From an uncultured Planctomycetota bacterium (GTDB taxonomy: Bacteria > Planctomycetota > Planctomycetia > Isosphaerales > Isosphaeraceae), in assembly GCA_963737655.1 (NCBI GenBank), contig CAVTTN010000002.1:2432001-2496000 (forward strand): a DNA stretch of 64,000 nucleotides. Direction: 5' to 3'. Within the stretch, counting starts at the first letter, position 1. Every line of letters starts with the position of its first letter. Made by a program: the position numbers and the translations under genes. Of the stretch, positions 9,994 to 20,283 are shown one piece after another. A model generated the notes under the pieces. The model was not told the DNA's origin. It searched no databases and saw only the letters and a program-made list of their open reading frames with translations.

Positions 9994-10569
9994 ATGACCG
10001 ACCAATCGCCCCGCCTGACGCTCCTCCAGAGGAGGGAGATCGAGGCGAAAATCGTCGCCCCCCTGGTCCGGGCGACGATCGAGGAGATCGGCCGGGATCG
10101 CGCCCTGGAGCTGCTTCGGAGGGTCATTTCCGACCTGGCGAGGGAGTCCGGGGCGGCGATGGCCCGCGAGTTCGCGGACGCCTCGCTCGTCGCCTTCGCC
10201 GCCGGGCTCGACCGCTGGAAGGAAGGCGGGGCCCTGGAAATCGAGACCCTGGCCCAGGCCCCCGAACGGCTCGACTTCAACGTCACCCGCTGCCGATACG
10301 CCGAGATGTACCGCGCCCTGGGCCTGGCCGACCTCGGCGGAAGTCTGTCGTGCCAGAGGGATTTCGCACTGATCGAGGGGTTCAACCCCGACGTCGAGCT
10401 GACGAGGACTCAGACGATCATGGAAGGCGCCCCGTTCTGCGACTTCCGGTTCCGGGCGAAGCCGACCGGCCAGGGCGGATCGGCCCTGTCCCCCGATCGC
10501 GCGAATTCCTATACTGGTCCCGATCCCGAGGAGTCCTCTCCGGCGCCCCTTCGACGGACCGACCCATGA
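9994..10569 (+). CDS. L-2-amino-thiazoline-4-carboxylic acid hydrolase family protein
   Basis: FNVTRCRYAEMY...LSCQRD...LTRTQTIMEGAPFCDFRF. Confidence 0.85.
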   Translation: MTDQSPRLTLLQRREIEAKIVAPLVRATIEEIGRDRALELLRRVISDLARESGAAMAREFADASLVAFAAGLDRWKEGGALEIETLAQAPERLDFNVTRCRYAEMYRALGLADLGGSLSCQRDFALIEGFNPDVELTRTQTIMEGAPFCDFRFRAKPTGQGGSALSPDRANSYTGPDPEESSPAPLRRTDP

Positions 10570-12083
10570 GCGACGCCGAGGCCGTGGCCGCACCGACCCG
10601 CAAGGCCCCGCCCAAACCTCATGTGGTGATCGTCGGCGGGGGTCTCGCCGGCCTGGCGACCGCCGCGAGCCTGGTCGATCGCGGGCTGCGGATCACCCTG
10701 ATCGAGAGCCGCCCCCGATTGGGCGGCCGGGCCGGCTCGTTCACCGACCCGGCCACCGGCGAGCTGGTCGATAATTGCCAGCACGTGAGCATGACCTGCT
10801 GCACGAACCTCGCCGATTTCTGCGAGCGAGTCGGCACTCGCGAGCTGTTCCGGGCCGTCCCGGAGGTCGTCTTCCTGGGCGAGGACGGCCGGGCCTCGAC
10901 CCTGAAGGCCGGCCCCCTGCCCGCCCCGTTCCACCTCGCCGGCAGCTTCCTCGGCGCGAAGTATCTCACCTTCGCCGAGAGGCTGAGAGTCGCCTTCGGC
11001 CTGGCGTGCTTGCGGTTCGCCCGGCCCGATCCGAACGACCCCGAGCCGTTCGAACGCTGGCTCCTCCGCCACGGCCAGACGCCTCGGACCGTCGATCGCT
11101 ACTGGGGGACCGTCCTGATCTCGGCCCTGAACGAACGGCTCGACCGGATGGACCTGGGCCATGCCCGCAAGGTCTTCCTCGACGGGTTCCTCCGCAACCG
11201 CGAGGGGTTCACGATGGAAGTGCCGCTCGTCCCCCTGGGCGAGCTTTACGGGACGAGGCTGGAGACGTGGCTGGCGTCCAGGGACGTCGAGGTCCGGCTG
11301 ACCTCGGGCGTCCGCTCGGTGGCGATCGACGACGAGGGTGCGGTGGTCGGCGTGACGATGCGATCGGGCGAGGTCCTGGACGCGGATTTCGTCGTGCTGG
11401 CCGTCCCCTTCGATCGCGTCCGCGGGATGATCCCCGAGGATCACCGCGAATTGCTGCCGTCCCTGGAGCCCCTGGAGAGGATGGCCGCGTCGCCGATCAC
11501 CGGCGTCCACCTCTGGTTCGATCGCGAGGTCTGCCCTCTGGAGCATGCCGTCACGGTGGGCAAGACGGTCCAGTGGGTCTTCAACCACTCGGCGCTCCAG
11601 GGCCGCCGGGCGCCGGAAGGCGGCGGCCAGTACCTTCAACTCGTCGTGAGCGCGGCGTATGACCTCGTGGCGAAGGACAAGGCGGCGATCCTGGAGATCG
11701 CCCTGGCCGATCTCGCGTCGCTCTGGCCGGCGGCCCGCGAGGCGACGCTGTTGCGATGGTGGGTCGTCACCGAGCATGGGGCGACGTTCGCCGTGCGTCC
11801 CGGCGTCGAGGCGCTCCGGCCGTCGCAGAGGACGCCGGTGGAGGGCCTGTTTCTGGCGGGAGACTGGACGTCCACCGGCTGGCCCGCGACGATGGAAGGG
11901 GCGGTACGATCGGGCTACCTCGCGGCCGAGGGCGTCCTCGCCGACCTCGGCCGACCCGAGCCCCTGTTGAAGTCGGATTTGCCCGACGGCCGGCTCGCCC
12001 GGGTCCTGCTCGGCCCGCCCTCGCCGGGTCGGCCCCGACCGCCCATGCCATTCTTCCCGCAGGTCCGAGCGACGGCCGAGTGA
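10566..12083 (+). CDS. hpnE: Hydroxysqualene dehydroxylase HpnE (FAD-dependent; squalene/hopanoid synthesis)
   Basis: VVIVGGGLAGL, LGGRAGSF, VDNCQHV, LAGDWTSTGWPATMEGAVRSG. Confidence 0.9.
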   Translation: MSDAEAVAAPTRKAPPKPHVVIVGGGLAGLATAASLVDRGLRITLIESRPRLGGRAGSFTDPATGELVDNCQHVSMTCCTNLADFCERVGTRELFRAVPEVVFLGEDGRASTLKAGPLPAPFHLAGSFLGAKYLTFAERLRVAFGLACLRFARPDPNDPEPFERWLLRHGQTPRTVDRYWGTVLISALNERLDRMDLGHARKVFLDGFLRNREGFTMEVPLVPLGELYGTRLETWLASRDVEVRLTSGVRSVAIDDEGAVVGVTMRSGEVLDADFVVLAVPFDRVRGMIPEDHRELLPSLEPLERMAASPITGVHLWFDREVCPLEHAVTVGKTVQWVFNHSALQGRRAPEGGGQYLQLVVSAAYDLVAKDKAAILEIALADLASLWPAAREATLLRWWVVTEHGATFAVRPGVEALRPSQRTPVEGLFLAGDWTSTGWPATMEGAVRSGYLAAEGVLADLGRPEPLLKSDLPDGRLARVLLGPPSPGRPRPPMPFFPQVRATAE

Positions 12084-12113
12084 CGCCGGAGGTCGGCTCC
12101 TTGGGACCGCGCG

Positions 12114-14015
12114 TCAATCCGCGTTGAGGGGCGACATCGCCGGCAGAGGGCGCACGGCGATCTCTTCCACGGCGGCTTTCGCGGGGACGGGCGGCTCCTC
12201 GTCGTCCCGGTCGAAGCTCGGGCGCTCGGCGATCCGGGCGAATCGGGCGAAGGTGCCCATGGTGAGGATCGCCGCGAGGATCGCGTAGAGGATCCCGCCG
12301 AGGACCACCGTGGGGATCGGCTGATCGAGCCAGATCTTGGGGTCATTCGCCGTGGTCCCGGCCTGGAACAGGTCGAACCGGCGGAAATCGATGTCCGACA
12401 ACAGCGAATGGTACAGGTCGAACGGCATGAGCCCGACGTGGAAAATCGTCGGGGCCCGGCCCTGAAAGATCAGGGCGAGCACGACCTGATAGCCCACGTT
12501 GACGAACATCAAGATCCCCACGGCGACGGTCAACGACTTGCTGGTCGATCCGGAATTCAGCGAACTCCGCATCCCCAGGGCCGAGGCGAACCAGAGGAAA
12601 ATCGCCAGCTCCAGAATGGCCGAGGCCAGGCCCATCGGGTGGATCGATCCGGCGATCACCCCGCAGACCCAGACGATCAACAGGGTCAGCCCCAGCCAGC
12701 GGAACCGGAGGATCGCGCCGAGCATCTTGGCCCGGAGGATCTCCTTGCCCTCCACGGTCGTCGAAAGGAGGGTGATCCACGTGTCGTCCTCGCGCTCGCC
12801 GGAGATCGAGCCGGCGGCCGTCGCGGTGGTCCCGAGGATCCAGAACCCGCCGATCCAGGCGGTCATCGTCTGGATCAGGCTGTGGAACATCATCCGGTTG
12901 GGGTGAGTCGGCGGGATGGCGGGCACGCTGATTCCCCAAGGAGAGCTCTCGGGGTTGAGTTCCAGGGTGTAGCCGTTTTGCCAGAGCTCCCACAGGGCCG
13001 ATCGGCCCCACTCGAAGACCAGGCAGCCCACCAGGACCGCCCAGAACATGTTGTGCAACAGGCCCACGACCTTCATGACGCCGCCGGCTCGCGAGGTGTG
13101 CCGCTCCTTCCACAGCATGGCGTCGTCGCCGCACTCGGGCCGGGCGATGGCCCGCCATCGCCACTGTCCGTTCTTGTCGATCCTCAGCATCTGCTTGGGG
13201 CGATGCTCGGACTTCGCCGCCAGGGGGCGGAGCTTCCACGTGGCCCAGAGCAGGCAGGCGAGCCCGCAGACCCACTGGATCGCCAGGGGACGAACCAGGG
13301 GCCACATCGAGCCGAACCCGGAGCGGTCCAGGATCATCAGGTCCCGGTTGCTGGGGGTCGGATTCAGCCATTCCACGAACGGGGCCAGCGGTTCCAGGAT
13401 CGGGAAGAGGCCGACGAACATCTGGGCCAGGGCCGGCGCCAGGCCGATGGCGACCAGGACGAAGTAGGTCGCGATGATCGCCGTCCGGGCCCTCCGGGCC
13501 AGCGTGGAGGCGAGGATCGACAGGCTCGCCACGAAGAACGCGACGGACAGCGCCACGGCGTAGGAGCCGAGGATCAGCACGAAATCCACACCGCCGAACA
13601 TCCGGAGCAAGAACAGGATCGGCACGCCGGCGGTCAGGAACGTCAGGAGCAGCAAGAGCCTGGCCAGGAGCTTGCCGACGACGATCTCCCACGACGTGAC
13701 CTGGCTGGCCAGCAGGTAATGGAGCGTCTTCCTCTGCTTCTCGCTGGCGATCGTCCCGGCGACCATCGCCGGGGTCAGCACCAGGACGGCCAGCACCTGG
13801 ACGATCGCGAACCAGGCGAACAGACGACGCGTGAACATCGCCATCTCGCCCGGCGTGAACACCGTCGAATTGGGCCCGAACACGGACCTCATCGATTCGT
13901 AGCTCGTCCAGACGACGAACAACAGCGCCATCCCGTAGACGACCCGGAGCGCGTAATAGCGGGCGCGTCGGGCGGTCGTCAGCATCTCGGCGGCGAACAC
14001 CGGGCCGGGAAACAT
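12114..14015 (-). CDS. ABC-2 type transporter permease-like protein (two permease repeats)
   Basis: IASEKQRKTLHYLL...IVVGKL and ISGEREDDTWITLLST...ILRAK; many TM helices. Confidence 0.8.
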   Translation of the reverse strand: MFPGPVFAAEMLTTARRARYYALRVVYGMALLFVVWTSYESMRSVFGPNSTVFTPGEMAMFTRRLFAWFAIVQVLAVLVLTPAMVAGTIASEKQRKTLHYLLASQVTSWEIVVGKLLARLLLLLTFLTAGVPILFLLRMFGGVDFVLILGSYAVALSVAFFVASLSILASTLARRARTAIIATYFVLVAIGLAPALAQMFVGLFPILEPLAPFVEWLNPTPSNRDLMILDRSGFGSMWPLVRPLAIQWVCGLACLLWATWKLRPLAAKSEHRPKQMLRIDKNGQWRWRAIARPECGDDAMLWKERHTSRAGGVMKVVGLLHNMFWAVLVGCLVFEWGRSALWELWQNGYTLELNPESSPWGISVPAIPPTHPNRMMFHSLIQTMTAWIGGFWILGTTATAAGSISGEREDDTWITLLSTTVEGKEILRAKMLGAILRFRWLGLTLLIVWVCGVIAGSIHPMGLASAILELAIFLWFASALGMRSSLNSGSTSKSLTVAVGILMFVNVGYQVVLALIFQGRAPTIFHVGLMPFDLYHSLLSDIDFRRFDLFQAGTTANDPKIWLDQPIPTVVLGGILYAILAAILTMGTFARFARIAERPSFDRDDEEPPVPAKAAVEEIAVRPLPAMSPLNAD

Positions 14016-14135
14016 GGCGCGTCCTCGACTCGTCTCGGTGTGATCGGGCGAAGTCCCTGCTCGACGATTCGCCCGAGGCGAGGAGATATTAACGAATTCG
14101 GAGGAAAAAAGGGAGGCCCTCGATCCGGCGAGGGG

Positions 14136-15981
14136 TCAATCCAGGTCGGGGGTCTTGCTCTCGGGCGGCAGGGGCTTGGCCGGGGGTCGGGGAGCCGGCG
14201 GGTTCCAATCGCGGCGGGGGCGGTCGGCGGCGACGTCGAACTGGGTGATCGCCCCGGCGACCAGGAAGAAGGCGGCGATCCCGTAGCCCAGCGTGCCGAG
14301 GATGCACGCCAGGACCAGCTCGCCCAGGTCGCGACTGGGGCTGTTCAGGGCCGCGTCTGACGTCCCGAACACGCTGGCCACCTCCCACGGGCTCGATCAG
14401 CGAGACCGCCTCGATGAACGGCGTGACCCCGGCGAAGATGGCGATCGTCGGCCGGTTGGAGAAGAACACCGGGCAGCAGCACATCAGGTAGCCGCCGTTG
14501 AGGACGAGCAGGACGCCGATCGTCGTGACCTGCGACCGCCACGTCGATTTCGCCCGGATCGAGAAGTACGTCCCCATCGCCGCGCCGAACCCCAGGAACG
14601 CCGCGAGCTCGACCGCCTCGAACAGCACGCCCAACGGGTGGACGGCCCCGCAGACCATCCCGATCAGCCACAGGACCGCGGCGAGGATCAGCGCGTGGCG
14701 GACCTTCCACAACACCCCGAAAAATTTCGGGAGGACGATATCCGAGGCTTCCAGAGGGGTCGAGACCAGGCTGATCCAGGTGTCGTCCTCGCGCTCGGAG
14801 GTCATCGAGTTGGCGCCTCCGACGCCCACCGCCAGGAGGCAGACGGTGCCGATGGCGGTGGTCAGGAAGCGGAGGAAGGCGTTGAAGTTGGCGCGATCCG
14901 AGCCCAGGACGTCGTACCGCATCGACGCCAGCTCATTGAAGCTGTCTCGGGCGTAGAAGAAGGTCCAGTAGGCCACCGCCGAGACGACCACGAGCGAGAC
15001 GATCATGCCGATCACCTGGGCCGTCCCGCTGGTCCGCGACGTGTGGAGCTCCTTCCAGATCATCGCCTCGTCCCCCACGGGCCGGCGGGCGAACAGGCGG
15101 AGCCGGGATTTCGTGCCCCCGCCGAACGTGAACCCCAGGAGCCGGAACCCCTTGGACCCTTCCTGGGCCTGGAACACCGGCCGGAGCCTCCAGACCGCCA
15201 GGCCCAGGAGGACCACGCCGGCGGCGACCTGGAGGACGACCATCCAGAACGTCGCCCGGACGACCGGCTCGACCCCCGAGACCAGGATCGATCCGCTAAG
15301 GGCGGTCATCGGTCCCCAGGGGGTGCTGGCCATCAGCCAGTCGTTCACGGGCTGGACGAATTCGTAGAGCGTCGGATACGTCATCGGCATGGTGCCGAGG
15401 ATCAGCGGAGGCAGGAGCAGCCAGACGATCTCCAGGGCGTAGGTCGCCGAGATCGCCTCGCGGACCCTCTTGCTGACCGTCGAGCACAGGACCGACAGCG
15501 AGGCGAGGAAGAAGGCGCAGGACATCGTCCCGGCCGCCGACAGGAGCACATATTTGGGATCGACCCCGCCGAAGAGGCTCAGGATGCTGAGGATCGGCAG
15601 CCCCACGGCCAGGAACACCCCGGCATGGAGCATCCGGGCCAGGAGCTTCCCCAGGACGATCTCCGAGCTGCTGAGCCGGCTGGCCAGGAGGTAGTGGAGC
15701 GTCTTCCTCTGCTTCTCGTTGGCGATCACCCCGGCGACCAGGGCGGGCGTCATGAAGACGATCAGGCCGCCTTGCAGGGCCACGAGCGAGCCGAACGTGG
15801 TCCAGGCGAAGGCCCGGAGCATCTCCGGGCTCATCTCCACGCCGCGGCCGCGATCCCATCCGCTATAGTTGATCCACACGAGGATCAGGAGGGCCAGGCC
15901 GTAGACGACGCGGAAGGCATAGTAGCGAGGCCGCCGCGACGTCGTCAGCAGCTCGACGTTGAAGACCGGTCCTGGCAGCAT
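14136..15981 (-). CDS. ABC-2 type permease-like paralogue, frameshifted near 14390
   Basis: Paralogue of 12114-14015; removing one C gives LIEPWEVASVFG...FDVAADRP, which matches the paralogue C-terminus (FARIAERP). Confidence 0.75.
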
Positions 15982-16182
15982 TCGGGGTCATCCCTCGGGC
16001 CGGAGCGATCGGCTCCCGGGCTCGGCCGTCCACCTTACGCCAGCGGCCCGAGGAAACCAACCGGGAGCCGATCGGCCCCGGGAAATGCTCGACCGGGTCC
16101 GGGGACCGGAAAGGAACGAGGCCGGACCCGATCGGATCGGGGCCGGCCTCGAAGGGTTCGTTGTCGCGAGGGGATCGCTCGC

Positions 16183-16629
16183 TCAATAGCGACCGCCGCC
16201 GTAGCCGCCACCGCCGCCGCGGCTCCCGCCGCCGCCGCCGTAGCCGCCCCGGCCGCCGCCACCGCCGCCGTAGCCGCCGCCACCACCGTAGCCGCCGCCA
16301 CCGCCGCCGTAGCCACCGCCGCCGCCGCCGTAGCCGCCGCCCCGGCCGCCCCGGCCGCCTCCGCCGCCACCGCCGCGATCCTCACGGGGGCGGGCCTCGT
16401 TGACCGTCAGGTTCCGTCCCCGGAAATCCTGACCGTTGAGCTGGTTCGCCGCCTCGTCGGCCGCCTGACCGTCGGCCATCTCCACGAAACCGAATCCCTT
16501 GGACCGGTTCGTGTCGCGGTCGATGATGATCTGCGCCGAAAGGACCTCGCCGAACTCGCTGAACAGCTCCACCAGGTTGTCTTCGGTCGTGTCGTAGGTC
16601 AGGTTACCGACATACAGCTTCTTGGCCAC
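16183..16629 (-). CDS. RRM-domain RNA-binding protein with Gly/Tyr/Arg-rich tail
   Basis: KLYVGNL (RNP2), KGFGFVEM (RNP1), LTVNEARPRE, (GGGY)n tail. Confidence 0.95.
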   Translation of the reverse strand: MAKKLYVGNLTYDTTEDNLVELFSEFGEVLSAQIIIDRDTNRSKGFGFVEMADGQAADEAANQLNGQDFRGRNLTVNEARPREDRGGGGGGGRGGRGGGYGGGGGGYGGGGGGYGGGGGYGGGGGGRGGYGGGGGSRGGGGGYGGGRY

Positions 16630-16764
16630 TGCGAATCCCTCTGCGTGCGAAATGGGCGTTCTGGCGAGGCTAGCGTCCTGACGGCTAATGGGAACCCGCC
16701 CAGAGCGGCAGACATTAGCCTACCGTTTCCCGCCGGTTTGAACAGCGGAACTTCGTCGAAATTT

Positions 16765-17982
16765 TCATTTTTCCGAATTTTTTTCCGACCTCGATTTGAC
16801 CGGGTTTCGGGCCGTCGCGGCGATCAAGGCCAGGGCCGGGACGACCGGCGCCCTCATCCGCAAATCGGTCCAGAAGACCGAGTGGACCAGGCTCAACGCC
16901 ACCACGACCGCCGCCGCCGAGGCCCTCGGCCATCGCCACGTCTCGCGTCGAGAAAGGCCCGTCGCCACCAGGGCCCAGAACGGCAAGGTCCACGCCGCGG
17001 AGGCCGCCCTCGTCGCCTCGCCGTACACTTTCCCCGACGGCGCCAGGCCCCAGAATCGGCCCAGTCGGGCGAGCGAGGCCCGGAGGAAGTCCTTCGGCCT
17101 CTCCCGGAGCATCCGCAGCCCTTCGGACCGGAGGATCCGGTCGGCCTCGGGCTCGGGAAGGCCGCGGGTCCGTCGGCTGATTTCCAGCTCCCAGGCCCTC
17201 TGCCCCGGGCCCGACCAGACCGCTCCCGGAGGTCCATTCAACACGTCCCGATAATAATATTCATTGTTGGCCAGAGCCAGCGTGTAGCCGCCGTGGGTCG
17301 TGGTGGCGATCGGCTCGCCCAAGACGAACCAGTTGCGGATCGCCCACGGCGCGAGGACCGCGGCGATCGTCGCGGCCATCGCGGCCGATCTCGCGAGACG
17401 GTCGCGAACCGGCTGGCGACCCGTCGAGGCCGAGAAGACGATCGCCAAGGCCGCGCCGGCCAGGGTGCTCGGCCGACACAGCCCGGCCAGGCCGAACCCG
17501 ACGCCCCCGAGGACGCCGCCGGTCCATCCCGGCCTCGCCGAACCGGCCAGGGCGACGGCCAGGAGGAACGCCGCGAAGGTCTCCGTCATGACCGATCGCG
17601 ACTGGACCACGAGGACCGGATCGACCGCCACGAGCATCATGCAAAGGAGCACCCGACGATCCGAGAGCCCCCACGCCCGCCCCGCCAGGCCCGAGGCCGC
17701 GACGGTCCCCACCCCGAAACACAGGTGGAGGACCGCGATTCCCGAGGTGAACGTCCCGCCCGCGTTTCCCGGCAGGATCAGGGGATAGAGCGGAGGTCGA
17801 TAGGCCGTCGGCTTCCCCAGGATCTCGAAGCCCCGGCCGTCGGCGAGCGTCTTCGCCAGGGGGAGGTAATTGTCGGGGTCGTCGGCCGGGCGGCCGATTC
17901 GGGGCAGGATCACCGCGAGCCTCAGCGCGAAGGCGATCAGGAGGACGGCCGCCGTCGCCATCCTCAGGCGATGGGCAGTCAC
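16765..17982 (-). CDS. GT-C membrane glycosyltransferase (ArnT/PMT-2-like)
   Basis: DDPDNY...A..LADGRGF, TAYRPPLYP, MTETF, LCRP, PWAIRNW; GTGA overlap with the rhomboid stop. Confidence 0.75.
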   Translation of the reverse strand: MTAHRLRMATAAVLLIAFALRLAVILPRIGRPADDPDNYLPLAKTLADGRGFEILGKPTAYRPPLYPLILPGNAGGTFTSGIAVLHLCFGVGTVAASGLAGRAWGLSDRRVLLCMMLVAVDPVLVVQSRSVMTETFAAFLLAVALAGSARPGWTGGVLGGVGFGLAGLCRPSTLAGAALAIVFSASTGRQPVRDRLARSAAMAATIAAVLAPWAIRNWFVLGEPIATTTHGGYTLALANNEYYYRDVLNGPPGAVWSGPGQRAWELEISRRTRGLPEPEADRILRSEGLRMLRERPKDFLRASLARLGRFWGLAPSGKVYGEATRAASAAWTLPFWALVATGLSRRETWRWPRASAAAVVVALSLVHSVFWTDLRMRAPVVPALALIAATARNPVKSRSEKNSEK

Positions 17983-18974
17983 CGCCCGGACCCCCGGAGC
18001 TCGGCCCAGAGATGCGGGATCAGCCCCAGGACGATCCCCGAGCCCAGGCCGACGACGTGCGCCGCGTTGGCGATCGGCCCGATCGCCCCGGTCATGCAGA
18101 AGAACAACCAGGCGACCATGTAGAGGATCGTATTGCTCGGCAATTTCATGTCGGCTTCGGGGTCGTAGTCGCTCTTCATCCACACGTAGCCGAAGAGGGC
18201 ATAAACCACGCCCGACATCCCGCCGAAAGCCACGATCCGCCACTCGTCCCGGCCCCGGGTTTCCCAGAGGAACTCGCCGAAGTTCGACGCGACGGCCGAG
18301 ATCAGGACGATCGCGAGCATGGCCCATCGCCCCTTCCTCAGCTCGATCAGGCTCCCGAGCCGGTAGAGCATGATCATGTTGAAGACCAGGTGGGGGATGC
18401 CGAAATGGAGGAAGATCGGCGAGACCAGCCGCCAGAGCTGCCCACGGCGGATCGCGTCCAGGCCGGAAGACGTCCAGACCGGCCTCGGCACGACCCTCTC
18501 CACGACGGCGCCATCGATCTCCACCGGGACGGTCGGGCCCTCGGCGAGTTCCAGGTGATAGTCGGCGAAGAGGAAGGGGCGGCAGGCGCGGTCGTCGGAC
18601 CCGAACCCGGTGAGCACCGCGGCGGCGATCGAGACGAAGATCAGCCCATAGGTGACCGGGCATCGGACGGCCGACGGCACGTTCAATCGCCCGCTGAGGT
18701 TGATCGTCTTGCGGCGGTGCTCGCGCTCTCGCTTCGCGGCTTCCTTGCGGAGGGCCTCGGCAGTCCGGGCCGCCCCCTGGTACCTGGGGTCGTCGGGGTC
18801 GGCGAGGAACGCGGAGGTCTCGGCCTGGGCCTCGGGCACCTTCTCCTCGCGGTGGACCCAGACCGCGACCCCCTGCGGGCCCGGGATCATCTTGGTGGCG
18901 ATGTCGCGGGTCAGGAGGTAGTCGGCCAGGGCCTTCGCCAGCGCCTCGTCGGGGATCGTGGCAACCAGTCTCAT
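17979..18974 (-). CDS. glpG: Rhomboid intramembrane serine protease with GlpG-like N-terminal domain
   Basis: QLWRLVSPIFLHFG..HLVFN, catalytic GMSGVVY and ANAAHVVG. Confidence 0.9.
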   Translation of the reverse strand: MRLVATIPDEALAKALADYLLTRDIATKMIPGPQGVAVWVHREEKVPEAQAETSAFLADPDDPRYQGAARTAEALRKEAAKREREHRRKTINLSGRLNVPSAVRCPVTYGLIFVSIAAAVLTGFGSDDRACRPFLFADYHLELAEGPTVPVEIDGAVVERVVPRPVWTSSGLDAIRRGQLWRLVSPIFLHFGIPHLVFNMIMLYRLGSLIELRKGRWAMLAIVLISAVASNFGEFLWETRGRDEWRIVAFGGMSGVVYALFGYVWMKSDYDPEADMKLPSNTILYMVAWLFFCMTGAIGPIANAAHVVGLGSGIVLGLIPHLWAELRGSGR

Positions 18975-18991
18975 GCGCTCGGGGCCTCGAA

Positions 18992-19579
18992 TCAGGAGAC
19001 AGGTTCGGGGGCAGTCTCGCCGAAGAAATCGGCCAGGGGAAGGGCGAATCCGAGGACCACGTCGCCGCCATCGAGCGAGTCGGCCCGGGTCAGGACGCGG
19101 ACCGAGGTCGGCGACGAATACACGTAAACCTGCTCGGCGACCGGGAAGATCGCCCAGACGAGGCGGGCCCCCGCGACCAGGTACTCGCGGACCTTGGCCA
19201 GGACGTCTTCCGCCGAGTTCCCCTCGCTGATGACCTCGATCGCCAGATCGGCAGCGAACGGGAACGCGGCCCGCCTGGGCCCCCGGGGGCCGATCGGCCA
19301 TTTCTCGGCCGAGACGAACGCGAGGTCCGGGCGCCTCCGCAGCTTGCGGACCGGGTCGAGCGTGAACAGGGCCTCGGAGACGACGATTCCGAGCCGATGC
19401 CCCCGGGTGAACGATCCGAGGATTTCCAGCAAGAACGACGCAAGACACACCTCATCCGCGCCCATCCCCGGGATCTCCACGATCTTGCCATCGACGACCT
19501 CGTAGAGGACGTCCCCGGCCGGCGGGGCTTCCTCCTCGTCGAGCGTCGCCGGGATCGGCGCTTCGGTCACCGTCGCCAT
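18992..19579 (-). CDS. Uma2 family PD-(D/E)XK-fold endonuclease (array copy C)
   Basis: YEVVDG, RRPDLAFV, DLAIEVISEGN, KVREY..AG..LVW. Confidence 0.9.
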   Translation of the reverse strand: MATVTEAPIPATLDEEEAPPAGDVLYEVVDGKIVEIPGMGADEVCLASFLLEILGSFTRGHRLGIVVSEALFTLDPVRKLRRRPDLAFVSAEKWPIGPRGPRRAAFPFAADLAIEVISEGNSAEDVLAKVREYLVAGARLVWAIFPVAEQVYVYSSPTSVRVLTRADSLDGGDVVLGFALPLADFFGETAPEPVS

Positions 19580-20283
19580 GAGTCGCCTCCTCGCCTCGCC
19601 AGGGGTTCATTCCGCCTCGCCCGCCTCGTCGTCGCCGACCGGCTCGCCGAAGAAATCGGCCAGCGGTAGGGCGAAGCCGGGGAGGATGTCACCGGCGTCC
19701 AGGATGTCCTCTCGGGTCAGGACATGGACCGAAGTCGGTGAAGAATAGGCATAGACCAGCTCGAGCCCGGGCACGACCAACCAGACGAGTCGGACGCCCG
19801 CGGCGAAATATTCCCGGACCTTGGCCAGGTCGTCCCTCGTGCGGTTGGTCTCGCTGATGACCTCGACGGCCAGGTCGGGGACGACGGCCCAGGCCGCCCG
19901 GTTCTTCGGGAGCCGGCGCGTCACGGGCCACCTCGCCGCCGTCACGAAGGCGACGTCCGGGCGACGGCGGAGCCCCGAGGCGGCATCCAGGAGGAAGAGC
20001 ATCTCGACCTCGACCTTGCCGAGCCGTCCGGGGCGGGCCACGGCCACCATCGCATGAGCCAGCTCGTTCGCCAGGTCGGTCTCGTCCGCGCCCATCTCCG
20101 GGACCTCCACGATCTGGCCATCGACGACCTCGTAGAGGACGTCCCCGGCCGGCGGGGCTTCCTCCTCGTCGAGCGTCGCCGGGATCGGCGCTTCGGTCAC
20201 CGTCGCCATGAGTCGCCTCCTCGCCTCGCCAGGGGTTCATTCCGCCTCGCCCGCCTCGTCGTCGCCGACCGGCTCGCCGAAGA
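19487..20283. repeat. 167-bp exact direct repeat (19487-19653 and 20117-20283) spanning the Uma2 gene junctions
   Basis: Direct comparison, offset 630 bp; covers C-terminal codons, intergenic RBS and the first ~31 codons of the next gene. Confidence 0.9.
19607..20209 (-). CDS. Uma2 family endonuclease (array copy B)
   Basis: YEVVDG, RRPDVAFV, PDLAVEVISETN, KVREYFAAGVRLVW. Confidence 0.9.
   Translation of the reverse strand: MATVTEAPIPATLDEEEAPPAGDVLYEVVDGQIVEVPEMGADETDLANELAHAMVAVARPGRLGKVEVEMLFLLDAASGLRRRPDVAFVTAARWPVTRRLPKNRAAWAVVPDLAVEVISETNRTRDDLAKVREYFAAGVRLVWLVVPGLELVYAYSSPTSVHVLTREDILDAGDILPGFALPLADFFGEPVGDDEAGEAE

Noticed and set aside
16190..16378. GCC-rich tandem repeat as a separate DNA element
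   Set aside because: It encodes the Gly-rich tail of the RRM protein.
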